A stretch of DNA of 64,000 nt from Candidatus Acidiferrales bacterium (lineage in GTDB: Bacteria; Chloroflexota; Dormibacteria; Aeolococcales; Bog-877). Below are positions 1 through 8,513 of the stretch, piece after piece. Positions within the stretch are counted from its first letter, which is position 1, and every line of letters starts with the position of its first letter. A program made the position numbers and the translations under genes. The notes below the pieces were generated by a model. That model was not told where the DNA came from. It did no database searches and saw only the letters and a list, made by a program, of their open reading frames with translations. The stretch is from the NCBI GenBank assembly GCA_035533655.1, contig DATLTJ010000043.1, positions 1,726 through 65,725 of the forward strand, in the 5' to 3' direction.

Positions 1-12
1 CTCGGAGCCGTC

Positions 13-786
13 TTGGCCTTGGCGGCTCTGTGGATGGCAGGGTTGCTCTGGGCCAACGACTTCGCGGTCCCCACCGAACCGCTTCGGGGGACGCTGCGCA
101 CCATGGCCGTCTTCCCTCACGCTGACGATGAGACCATTGCGGCCGGGGGTACGCTCGGGGTCCTGGCAAGAGCGGGTGGACCGGTGGCCTTGGTGATTCT
201 GACCGATGGCGAGCGGGGGAGCGCTTCTGATCGAGTTCGCCCCGGGTTGGCGGAGGTCCGGGCGGCGGAGGCTGGCCAGGCCGTCCAGCTGCTCGGGGTA
301 AGTTCGCTCATCTGGGGTGGATTTGCCGACGGAAGCGTCGGTGACCACCGCGACCAGGTGAGTGCCTGGCTCGCCGGGCAGATCGCTGCCTGGCGGCCCG
401 ACCTGCTGATCACCTATGACCTGGCGGGCCTCTACGGCCACCCGGACCACGTAGCCTGCGCCGAGATCGTCACCCACCTGAAGTCCACCCAGTTCCTCGA
501 AGTCGCCCTCTGGTACAGCGCGATGCCGCGCCGCCTGCGGCGAACCATGGTCAGGTTTCGGGCCCTGCCAGGAGACTTTCCCAATGCCTCGAAGCGCTCT
601 GAGCCCACCCACAAGGTCTTCGTCGGGCGTTGCCTCTTCGCCAAGGTCAGGGCTTGGAACACCTACAGCAGCCAGCGCGATTCGCTGCGGGCCGGTGCCG
701 GCAAGTTCGTTCCGCCCTGGTTATTCCTGTCGGTCCTACTGTTCGAATACTTCGAGGCAGTGGCCCAGCCGGGGAGGGAAACATAA
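13..786 (+). CDS. PIG-L/LmbE family N-acetylglucosaminyl deacetylase; may be truncated at the window edge
   Basis: Family motifs VFPHADDETIAAGG and HPDH; length about 250 aa. Confidence 0.7.
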   Translation: MALAALWMAGLLWANDFAVPTEPLRGTLRTMAVFPHADDETIAAGGTLGVLARAGGPVALVILTDGERGSASDRVRPGLAEVRAAEAGQAVQLLGVSSLIWGGFADGSVGDHRDQVSAWLAGQIAAWRPDLLITYDLAGLYGHPDHVACAEIVTHLKSTQFLEVALWYSAMPRRLRRTMVRFRALPGDFPNASKRSEPTHKVFVGRCLFAKVRAWNTYSSQRDSLRAGAGKFVPPWLFLSVLLFEYFEAVAQPGRET

Positions 787-863
787 AGCAGGTAGGTCGG
801 CACCCCCGGCGGTGGCTCGGGCTGGCCGCCGCTTGCCTAGCCATCGCTCCGCTGGCATCTGAG

Positions 864-1949
864 GTGCGCGTCAGCCGGCCAGCGCGCCGACCTAGTGAAG
901 CCTGGCGGGCCCGGCAAATTCGCCCGCGCCGCCGGACCAAGCTCGGCTTCAGCTTCCGGCCGCTTCAGGCGGAGGCCCTGGGCCTGGACCCGGGCGCCAC
1001 CGTGCACAAGCTGCTGGGCTTCCCCGTCGAGGTGGTGCGGCTCGCGGCGCACTGGAACCGAATCGAAGTCCGTCCGGGCAGCTTCGACACGTCCGCGCTG
1101 GATCGCTACCTGGAACAAGTGGAGGTCGCTGGCAAGGAGGTCATCCTCTCGGTGGGGGCAATCAAGAACTTCGGCTATCCGGAATTCTTTGTCCCGGCGC
1201 ATCGGCTGCGGGACGCTCTGCCAGAGCGCCAACTGGTGACCCTGAACAGTCACCCGGAGCTGGCCGCTGCCGCTCAGGAATTCGCCAGCCACATCGTGGA
1301 TCGATACCGAGGGCGCCGTGCCATAGTCGCCTGGCAGGTGGAGCACGAAGCGGTCGATCCCCTCGGGTTGGAGCACTCCTGGCGGCTCGATGTCGGTTTG
1401 GTCGCCCGCGAGGTGGCGGCGGTGCGGGCGGTCGACCCCACCCGGCCGATCCTGATGAACGGGTTCCTGCCCACTTCCACGCCGGTGGCATTCCTGCAGA
1501 GGCACCGCACTCGCGACCAGGGAGACTCACTGGCGGTAGCCCAGGAGCTGGCCGACATCTTGGGCATCGACTTCTACTCCCGGCATGCCGTGCTACGGGG
1601 TGCCGGTCTCGCTATCTACCTGGACGGGGGGCGGCTCCCCTGGCGCCGGGAATCCTGGCGGCGGGTGGGCAGGTGGGCTGACCAGTCAGGGCGCCGAGTC
1701 ATGATCGCCGAGGGCCAGGCAGAGCCCTGGGAGGCAGTGACGGTGCCTCCCAGTCCAGCGGGGATGGTGCCCTACAGCTGCCCGCCGGAGCGGGTCATCG
1801 ACAACTTCAACGACTGCCTGGGTCAGGCGGAGGGTGTGCTGGAGCTCGAGGCCTACCTGTTTTGGGGCGCCGAATACTGGATGCGGCGCAGCGCTATGGG
1901 TGATGACAGCTATGTAGGTGCCTTCCGGCGGGTCCTGGAGGAGTCCTGA
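864..1949 (+). CDS. Putative clan GH-A (TIM-barrel) glycoside hydrolase-like protein; start uncertain
   Basis: WQVEHEA (acid/base-like) and MIAEGQAEPW (nucleophile-like) segments. The ORF is open from 630, but that would overlap the upstream gene by about 157 nt. GTG 864 is the first canonical start after 786, yet it cuts off a signal-like RRWLGLAAACLAIAPLA segment. Confidence 0.45.
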   Translation: MRVSRPARRPSEAWRARQIRPRRRTKLGFSFRPLQAEALGLDPGATVHKLLGFPVEVVRLAAHWNRIEVRPGSFDTSALDRYLEQVEVAGKEVILSVGAIKNFGYPEFFVPAHRLRDALPERQLVTLNSHPELAAAAQEFASHIVDRYRGRRAIVAWQVEHEAVDPLGLEHSWRLDVGLVAREVAAVRAVDPTRPILMNGFLPTSTPVAFLQRHRTRDQGDSLAVAQELADILGIDFYSRHAVLRGAGLAIYLDGGRLPWRRESWRRVGRWADQSGRRVMIAEGQAEPWEAVTVPPSPAGMVPYSCPPERVIDNFNDCLGQAEGVLELEAYLFWGAEYWMRRSAMGDDSYVGAFRRVLEES

Positions 1950-1967
1950 GCGTGTCCAGCTCGGTCG

Positions 1968-2588
1968 TTGGCGATGCATGAGCTGGGGGTGCTGGTGGCG
2001 GCTGGCCTACCCCGGGCGAGCAGCATCGGCACTGTCGCCTTCTGGGCCATCTTCGGGATCTGGGTGGGGGGTGAGGTCTGGCTGCAGCAGCGCCGGCGCT
2101 TGCCCACCACGGCGTCCAACCGGGACATGGGGTCGATGCGTCTCCTGATCGCGTCCGTCTGGCTCGGGGTGGGAGCTGGTCTTGCGTCCTCGTTCCGTCT
2201 CCCCGGACTCGCCATCGGCGCCGGAGGCGAGCCCCTTTTCACGGCCGGACTGGCGCTGATGGCGACCGGCCTACTCCTGCGCTGGTGGGCAGTGGCCGTC
2301 CTGGGGTCCGCCTTCACGGTCGCGGTTGGCGTCCAGGACCAGCAAGACCTGGTGGCGGCGGGACCGTACCACTGGGTACGTCACCCCTCGTATTCCGGGA
2401 GTCTCCTCACGATCCTCGGAATCGCGCTGTGCTGCGCTAATTGGCTAGCGCTGGCGGCGCTGGTGTTGCCGTTCGCGGCTTATGCCTACCGCATCCACGT
2501 GGAGGAGGAAGCTCTCTTGATCAGGTTCGGGGATGCCTACCGCGCCCATCGGCGGCGGACGACCCGGTTGGTGCCCTGGCTCCTCTGA
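1968..2588 (+). CDS. Isoprenylcysteine carboxyl methyltransferase (ICMT)/phospholipid methyltransferase family membrane protein
   Basis: Multi-TM protein with C-terminal GPYHWVRHPSYSG...EEEALL..FGDAY motif. Confidence 0.7.
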   Translation: MAMHELGVLVAAGLPRASSIGTVAFWAIFGIWVGGEVWLQQRRRLPTTASNRDMGSMRLLIASVWLGVGAGLASSFRLPGLAIGAGGEPLFTAGLALMATGLLLRWWAVAVLGSAFTVAVGVQDQQDLVAAGPYHWVRHPSYSGSLLTILGIALCCANWLALAALVLPFAAYAYRIHVEEEALLIRFGDAYRAHRRRTTRLVPWLL

Positions 2589-3177
2589 GCGAACCGCGAC
2601 CCGACGGTCGCCCATTGGGGAGCCGCCGGGGGGCGACACCAGGGACTCGCCGTAACTGCCCGGGCAGACGTTGACGCCAAAACCCTTAGCTCGTGCCATC
2701 TGGGCTGTCTGAGGAGCCGCTAGCCGGCGGTAACGTGGGCGCTGGGGTGGTGTGGCTCGGGGTTCCCGTGCGCGGGCCGGCGGTACCTGGGTCCCCGAGC
2801 GTCGATGCTCTGCTCTTGCGCCTGGAGCGAGCCGGGTGCGACCGGGCGCCACGAGCTCTTGGCGACGACGATTCAGAGTGGCAGGTACTGGGGTTTGTCT
2901 GAGGGCTCGCCGATCTTCCAACCGCCAATCGTCTGGCGGGCTTGGTGGAGGGCGACCGCCTCGACGAGCAGGGTCGGGAGAGACTTGCCGAAAGCCTGGC
3001 CCCCGCATACGTTCCATGTACGCCCTCCTGCGCCAAGGGCACGAATCGGGGACGGCGCCTTGGAGTCGGCGCTGGGCCGAGGGTCACGGCGACTTTTGGC
3101 TGATGCTTTGTACCTTGAGAAACGGGGCCGATTGTGGACCGACGCGGTCACCACCTGAAGCGGTCTCATTGCGACCG

Positions 3178-4296
3178 TCAGCCCCAGACTTCCTCGGCGG
3201 TCTCCACCACCAAGCGCAGCTTGGCGAGCTGGTCGTCCAAGGTTAGCTGGTTCCCCTCGAAGGTCGAAGAGAAGCCGCACTGCGGGGACAGGCAGAGCTG
3301 ATCGAGGGGGACATAACGACTCGCCTCCTCGATCCGGCGCTTCAGCGTGTCCTTGCTTTCGAGGACGCCGCTCTTGGTGGTGACCAGTCCCAGCACGACC
3401 ATCTTCCCCGGGGGCACGAATCGCAGCGGAGCGAAGCCGCCCGACCGCTCGTCATCGAACTCCAGGAAAAAGCCGTCGACCTGCAACTCACTGAAGAGAG
3501 CCTCGGCCACGAAGTCGTAGCCTCCCTCCGCCGCCCAGTAGGAGCGGAAGTTCCCCCGGCAGGAGTGCGTGGTGACCACCATGCCCTCGGGCCGGTCCGC
3601 GATCGCCGCGTTGATCTGCCGGATGTTGATCAGATGCTGGTGCTCCGCGTCGGCCCCCTGGCTCTCGAGGAGCTCCCGCTGGCGTGGGTCATTGAGGTAG
3701 GCGAGGCTGGTGTCGTCAAGTTGCAGGTAGGTGCAACCCAGGTCGGCCAGGGCTCGAATCTCCTGGGCGTAGGCGGCGCTGAGATCGGCCCAAAACTCGT
3801 CCAGCTCTGGGTAGACCGTGGGGTCGATCGCGGCCCGCCCGCCGCGGTAATGCACCATGCTCGGGGAGGGGATGGTCAGCTTGGGCAAGGCCTTGGTCAC
3901 GCAGCCCTTGAGGAAAGCAAAGGCCTCGGTGAAGATAGGGCGCTCCAGACGGATTCGGTCGTGCACCTGGAGCGCAGCCGAGGTGAACTCAACGCTGCCA
4001 TCGGCGTTGCGGAAATCGACGCGCAGATTCTGGTCAGCCTTGGAGATTCCACCCAGCTGGTAGATGAAGTCCATGTGCCAGGACGCCCGGCGGAACTCGC
4101 CATCGGTGGCCGACTGGAGCCCGACCTCCTCCTGCAGCTTCACCGCAGTCCGGATGGCGTCGTCCTCGACTGACTTCAGCTCCTCCGCGGTGATTCGGCC
4201 AGAGGCGAGGTCAGTCCGGGCCTGAAGTACGGCCCCCGGCCGCAGCAGGCTCCCGACATGATCGGCCCGGAATGGCGGCGTAGTGCGTCGTCCCAT
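3178..4296 (-). CDS. Cobalamin-independent methionine synthase (MetE C-terminal domain-like, short form) family protein
   Basis: N-terminal FRADHVGSLLRP, about 370 aa, C-terminal LSPQCGFSS motif typical of MetE-like Zn methyltransferases. Confidence 0.8.
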   Translation of the reverse strand: MGRRTTPPFRADHVGSLLRPGAVLQARTDLASGRITAEELKSVEDDAIRTAVKLQEEVGLQSATDGEFRRASWHMDFIYQLGGISKADQNLRVDFRNADGSVEFTSAALQVHDRIRLERPIFTEAFAFLKGCVTKALPKLTIPSPSMVHYRGGRAAIDPTVYPELDEFWADLSAAYAQEIRALADLGCTYLQLDDTSLAYLNDPRQRELLESQGADAEHQHLINIRQINAAIADRPEGMVVTTHSCRGNFRSYWAAEGGYDFVAEALFSELQVDGFFLEFDDERSGGFAPLRFVPPGKMVVLGLVTTKSGVLESKDTLKRRIEEASRYVPLDQLCLSPQCGFSSTFEGNQLTLDDQLAKLRLVVETAEEVWG

Positions 4297-4482
4297 CGAT
4301 AACGATCCTACGCGGTTGCTTCGCCGTTCGGCCTGCGCCGGAGATGCCCGACCGAGGGATGCTCCAAGCCGATGCCGTGCGCGGTCACCAGTCGACCTGG
4401 CCGATTATGAAGCCGCTATCTTTCTGGATTGTGAGTTCCTCGTGTCGGGCTCTGTCAGGTCCCTTGACTAAGTGGTTGTGGT

Positions 4483-5445
4483 GTGTCTTCAGGCGCCCAG
4501 ATCTGGGCCGAGCGCCTACCCGGCCGGGGCGGGCACGTGACCAGGGGCACCGGGGTAGCGGTTGTTGGCTCATCGGTTGACCCTCGGGCCCGAGCTGTGG
4601 ATCCAGCGCATTCGTGGCCAAGACTTGGTGCGCGAGTGGCTGGAGACGGTCCCGGTACCGCCGCAGGAGATGATGAGCCCGGGATTAGAGCCGCCCGCGC
4701 CCGGCGGATCGGATCGGTGAAATCCGACTCGAACGGCGGCTCTTACGAGCCGCCCCGACGTGCCGGGAAAGTGCCCAGTACACGAGCTGGCCTGGTGAGC
4801 GTCGCGGTCGGCGGCGCGGCCTCGGCCTTCGCCGTGTGGACCACGGTCGAGATCGCGCTGCACTGGCACCAGCCGAACTACGCCATGCCGGGGATGGTTG
4901 TAGTCATCGCCGCGCTCTGCGCGGTATTCACTCTCGCCGGAGCTTGGCTAGTGGGACGGCGCTCGGGCGACTCGCCACGGTCGTGGTTGACGGTGCTGAC
5001 GGCCCTGCTCTTTCTCTGGGGCGTCCTCACCATCTTCTCGGTGGGACTTGGCCTGCTGATCGCGGCGGTGGGCTTCCTTGTGGTGCGCCTTCGTCTTCCG
5101 CGCGTGCCGTCCGGCGTCGGGCGGAGAGCGGGGGTCAGCGCCGGGCTCATGCTGTCGTTGGGATTGGTCCCGCTGAGCGCGCTGGCGGTCTCGGGCCCGG
5201 TCGTCGAATGCACGGGCCAAGGCGTCCAGAGCAGCGTTCCGATGTGGATTTGGTTCAGTTCAGCGAGCGGCAGTTCTCGGTCGGGAAGTGGTAGTTCCTC
5301 GTCTGCTGGCAACAGCCTCAGTGCCCACGGCCAGGGGGGTCCTTCCGGTACCCAGAAAATTTCGGGCCGCGTATCCGTCGGGGGCTCCACTTACTCCTAC
5401 AGTTGCACCGACGGTCGCCTGACCAAGTTCACCATCGGCGGGTGA
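4483..5445 (+). CDS. Hypothetical membrane protein (about 4 TM, Ser/Gly-rich C-terminus); start uncertain, GTG 4717 is plausible
   Basis: Hydrophobic segments such as MPGMVVVIAALCAVFTLAGAWLV and WLTVLTALLFLWGVLTIFSVGLGLLIAAVGFLVV. No recognisable family. Confidence 0.4.
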   Translation: MSSGAQIWAERLPGRGGHVTRGTGVAVVGSSVDPRARAVDPAHSWPRLGARVAGDGPGTAAGDDEPGIRAARARRIGSVKSDSNGGSYEPPRRAGKVPSTRAGLVSVAVGGAASAFAVWTTVEIALHWHQPNYAMPGMVVVIAALCAVFTLAGAWLVGRRSGDSPRSWLTVLTALLFLWGVLTIFSVGLGLLIAAVGFLVVRLRLPRVPSGVGRRAGVSAGLMLSLGLVPLSALAVSGPVVECTGQGVQSSVPMWIWFSSASGSSRSGSGSSSSAGNSLSAHGQGGPSGTQKISGRVSVGGSTYSYSCTDGRLTKFTIGG

Positions 5446-5473
5446 GCCAGCCTCAAAGTGGATCGGAGATGAG

Positions 5474-6586
5474 ATGGCGGCGCCGATGGCGGCTGGCGGG
5501 CCCACCGTCTCGGTCCGGCACGCCTCAATGTGGTCTGCTACCGTGTCCAGTGTGGGTGCGGTGATCGCGCTGATCGTGATTGTGGTGGTGCTGCTGGCGG
5601 TCGGCCGGACCACTATCCGGGTCGTCCAGCAGGGCCAGAAGGGGGTGGTCAAGCGCTTGGGCCGCTTTCACGCGACCCGCAACCCCGGGCTGGTTTTCAT
5701 GCTGCCAGTGATGGACAGCATGATCCGCATCGACATGCGCGAGGTGCCCCGCCGCGGTGACAAGCAGGACGTGATCACTAAAGACAACGTGGCGGTCTCG
5801 GTGAGCGCGACCATTTTTCACCAGGTGATCGACGTCAATAAGGCCCTCTTCGAGGTCCAGGACTATCAGGTCGCCATCGATCAGATCAGTCGCACCGCGC
5901 TCCGGGCCGTCTTCGGCACCATGAGCCTGGACGAGGCGCTCTCGGAGCGGCAGCGCATCAACGCCGATCTGGCAGCCCACATTGCCGACGCCACCGAGAA
6001 GTGGGGGGTTCGGGTGAACCGGATCGAGGTGTTGGACATCCTCCCGCCGACCAATATCCTCCGAGCGATGGAGGAGCAGAAGGAGGCCGACCAGCACAAG
6101 CGGTCGGTGATCCTGCAGTCGGAGGGGGAGAAGCAAGCCGCCATAAACCAGGCCGAGGGCGAGGCTCAGGCCAACATCACCCGGGCGACCGCGCAGCGGC
6201 AGGCCACCGTGCTGGCCGCCGAAGGCCGGAAGCAGGCGCAGATTCTGGAGGCCGAAGGCAACCAGGAGGCGCAGAAACTCGACGCCCTGGGGGAGGCCTC
6301 GGCCATCGGGGCCGTTTTCGACGCCATCCACCAGGGCAAGGCGACCCAGGACGTGCTCGCCTTCTGGCAGCTGAAGAACCTGGCCAAACTGGCCGACAGC
6401 TCCAACTCCAAGCTCGTGGTGCCGGCCGACTTCGCCGGGCTGATGGGCGCGGCCAAGGCTCTGGTGGGGGCGATGGAGGCGGATCCCAGCCCGGCCCCCG
6501 CCAACGGCAAGGCCTCCCCGGAGGTGATCCCGGCGGCTCCGGCAGTTCCCCGCTCGTCTGGGGGCCGGCGCACCAGGTTGCACTAG
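5474..6586 (+). CDS. SPFH/Band 7 (stomatin/prohibitin-like) domain protein
   Basis: N-terminal TM, then VVQQGQKGVVKRLGRF...ITKDNV...QDYQVAIDQISRTALR and a coiled-coil AEGE-rich tail. Confidence 0.85.
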   Translation: MAAPMAAGGPTVSVRHASMWSATVSSVGAVIALIVIVVVLLAVGRTTIRVVQQGQKGVVKRLGRFHATRNPGLVFMLPVMDSMIRIDMREVPRRGDKQDVITKDNVAVSVSATIFHQVIDVNKALFEVQDYQVAIDQISRTALRAVFGTMSLDEALSERQRINADLAAHIADATEKWGVRVNRIEVLDILPPTNILRAMEEQKEADQHKRSVILQSEGEKQAAINQAEGEAQANITRATAQRQATVLAAEGRKQAQILEAEGNQEAQKLDALGEASAIGAVFDAIHQGKATQDVLAFWQLKNLAKLADSSNSKLVVPADFAGLMGAAKALVGAMEADPSPAPANGKASPEVIPAAPAVPRSSGGRRTRLH

Positions 6587-6627
6587 ATGGCTGCTCCCTC
6601 TGCCCGATTAGGGGCCGGGGGCCGTCG

Positions 6628-6834
6628 ATGATCAACGGAATCGAAGGCATGGCGGGAGAGGAGGGGGTGGTCTCTGTCGCCATCCCCGGAAAGATCCACT
6701 TGGGCTCTGTCAGGGCGCGGGGCGAGGACTGGCCGGCACTCAGCGCCGCGGGCGATCCCATCGCGAAGGACGTCATCGTCCTGGTCCTGGCGGTTAGCGG
6801 CGGACATCTGATCGTCACCCCAAGCCAGTCTTAG
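6628..6834 (+). CDS. NfeD-like C-terminal OB-fold protein (soluble, 68 aa)
   Basis: GEEGVVSV..G.IHLGSVRARGEDWPALSA.GDPIAKDVIVLVLAVSGGHLIVTP matches the NfeD OB-domain pattern. Sits directly downstream of the SPFH gene. Confidence 0.5.
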   Translation: MINGIEGMAGEEGVVSVAIPGKIHLGSVRARGEDWPALSAAGDPIAKDVIVLVLAVSGGHLIVTPSQS

Positions 6835-6943
6835 CCGTCATTAGCTCAGTGGCTGCCTAGCTTTTCCGGCCGCGGTTAGCCGGTTCCGGCGCGGCTCGGT
6901 TGGGGGGACCGGGGCCGCGGCGCAGCTTCCTATACTCGAAGGC

Positions 6944-7248
6944 GTGGTTAGGTTACTGGTCGGGGACACCACGCCTGACGATGCCGACGCGTTCGATCGC
7001 CACTATCGCGAAGTTCACATTTCACTAACCAAGAAACTGCCGGCCTCCGACGCTATACGCTCAGCCGGAATGCCACGCCGATTCCTGGTGGCGAGCCTTC
7101 TTACCTGGTTGCCGAACTGGACTGGGATGACCAGATTGCACTCCACGCGGCATTCCGGTCGCCTGAAGGTCGAGCCGCGGCCCAAGACCTAGCCAGTTTC
7201 GCGACCAGCGGAGTCGACCGCATGGCGTATCAACCGGAGGACGTGTAG
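6944..7248 (+). pseudogene. EthD family protein, interrupted by a 1-nt frameshift near 7039-7044
   Basis: Frame A gives MVRLLVGDTTPDDADAFDRHYREVHISLTKKLP. A shifted frame continues GLRRYTLSRNATPIPGGEPSYLVAELDWDDQIALHAAFRSPEGRAAAQDLASFATSGVDRMAYQPEDV*, a contiguous EthD-like sequence. One extra G in ctgccGGcctc would restore the frame. Confidence 0.6.
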
Positions 7249-7378
7249 CCGGGCCGGCCGCCGATCGTCACCCCACCATTGCCAGTTCCAGTGATGGCAG
7301 CAGACCATGTCAACCAGGGTCCTGGCGAATAGCGGCACCGCCGAGGGATCTGGCGGGCGCGTCGCCGTTGAGGATAGT

Positions 7379-8293
7379 TCAAGTCAAGCGCGCCCCCCAG
7401 GTCGTTGTGACCGCCTCGCCGGGCTGCAGTCGGATCAGCTCGTCGCCGGTCTGAAAGGCATTCGGGGGGCAGGTCATGGGTTCGGTGCCCAGCCCCCGCC
7501 GGCGGCGGTGGGGCGCCAGCGTGTCGCCGGTGTAGATCTCGATGATCGGGTAACTCCCATCCACCCAGAGCTCTGCCCTATGCCCATCGGGTCCGGTCAG
7601 TCGCGTCCAGGCACGCCCGGTCGGATCGCGGACCAGCTCGGTGAACGCGTAGTCAACCCGGAGATCGTGGAGGGGCCTGCCCTCCCGGAAGTCGTAGGGA
7701 GTGTTCTCGACCGATTCCGTCCCCACTGGCAGTTGGCGTTCGACGTCGGTGACGATCCGCGTATTGGCGGGCAGCTCCAAGCTGCAGTCGTCGAGCACCC
7801 CCGACCCGGGAGAGAGGTACGGGTGCTGACCGGCGCCGTAGGGACAGGTAAGGTCGCCCTGGTTGGTGGCGGTGGTCGTCACCCGGAGGCCGTCCTGGGA
7901 GAGAGCGTACAGAACCTGGACGTCGAGCAGGAAGGGGAACCCCTGGAGGGGAAAGAGCCGGATACCCATGGTGACTTGGGACTCCTGCTGCCTTCTCACC
8001 GTCCAGGGGCGCCACTGCAGGAAACCGTGGATGGCATTGCGCTTTTGCGGCTCGGTGAGGGCCACTTGGTAGTCGACCCCGTCGAAGCGGTAACGGCCAT
8101 CGGCCAGGCGATTAGGCCAGGGGATCAGCGGGGCTCCATGGGCACCGTCACACATGGCGTCGGCCGGGTAGGGATCAAGGATGGGTCGGCTCCCGGCGCA
8201 ATACTCGCGGATGCCGCCGCCGACCTCCACGATGGTCGCCCGCTGATCGCCCCAGCTGATCTGAAACTGCTCACCCGACGGAGAGATTTCCAC
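7379..8293 (-). CDS. Aldose 1-epimerase (galactose mutarotase-like) family protein
   Basis: GAPLIPWPNRLADGRYRFDGVDYQV..LTEP...NAIHGF motifs. Confidence 0.8.
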   Translation of the reverse strand: MEISPSGEQFQISWGDQRATIVEVGGGIREYCAGSRPILDPYPADAMCDGAHGAPLIPWPNRLADGRYRFDGVDYQVALTEPQKRNAIHGFLQWRPWTVRRQQESQVTMGIRLFPLQGFPFLLDVQVLYALSQDGLRVTTTATNQGDLTCPYGAGQHPYLSPGSGVLDDCSLELPANTRIVTDVERQLPVGTESVENTPYDFREGRPLHDLRVDYAFTELVRDPTGRAWTRLTGPDGHRAELWVDGSYPIIEIYTGDTLAPHRRRRGLGTEPMTCPPNAFQTGDELIRLQPGEAVTTTWGARLT

Positions 8294-8513
8294 GCCCTAC
8301 CGCCGACCCAGCCCATTCAGAGTCACCATCCAACCAAGATAATCATCCGGTCGGTCTAGCTTCTTTGACGGTGACCGGGACCGCATCCTCGATGCGCGCG
8401 GTCGGCGTTCCGCGAGATCGAGGCGGTATCGTTGGCTTGAGCTGGCTGGGGCACCCTGGGCTGCTTCTGCGAATCCAACGCCCCAGGGTGACCGCGCGGC
8501 GTGGCCCGAAAGT

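Noticed and set aside
630-863. Longer version of the GH-like ORF starting at ATG 630
   Set aside because: It would overlap the PIG-L gene by 157 nt in a different frame. I preferred GTG 864, although that removes a signal-peptide-like segment, so the true start remains unresolved.
4297-4482. Possible SAM or cobalamin riboswitch in the ~180-nt leader of the MetE-like gene
   Set aside because: I looked on the minus strand for the SAM-I/SAM-IV core (GAGGGA...GCAACC context) and for a B12 box. I found only a loose AGCAACC fragment and no convincing helices. It is not supportable without a covariance-model scan, though it is worth including in any Rfam run.
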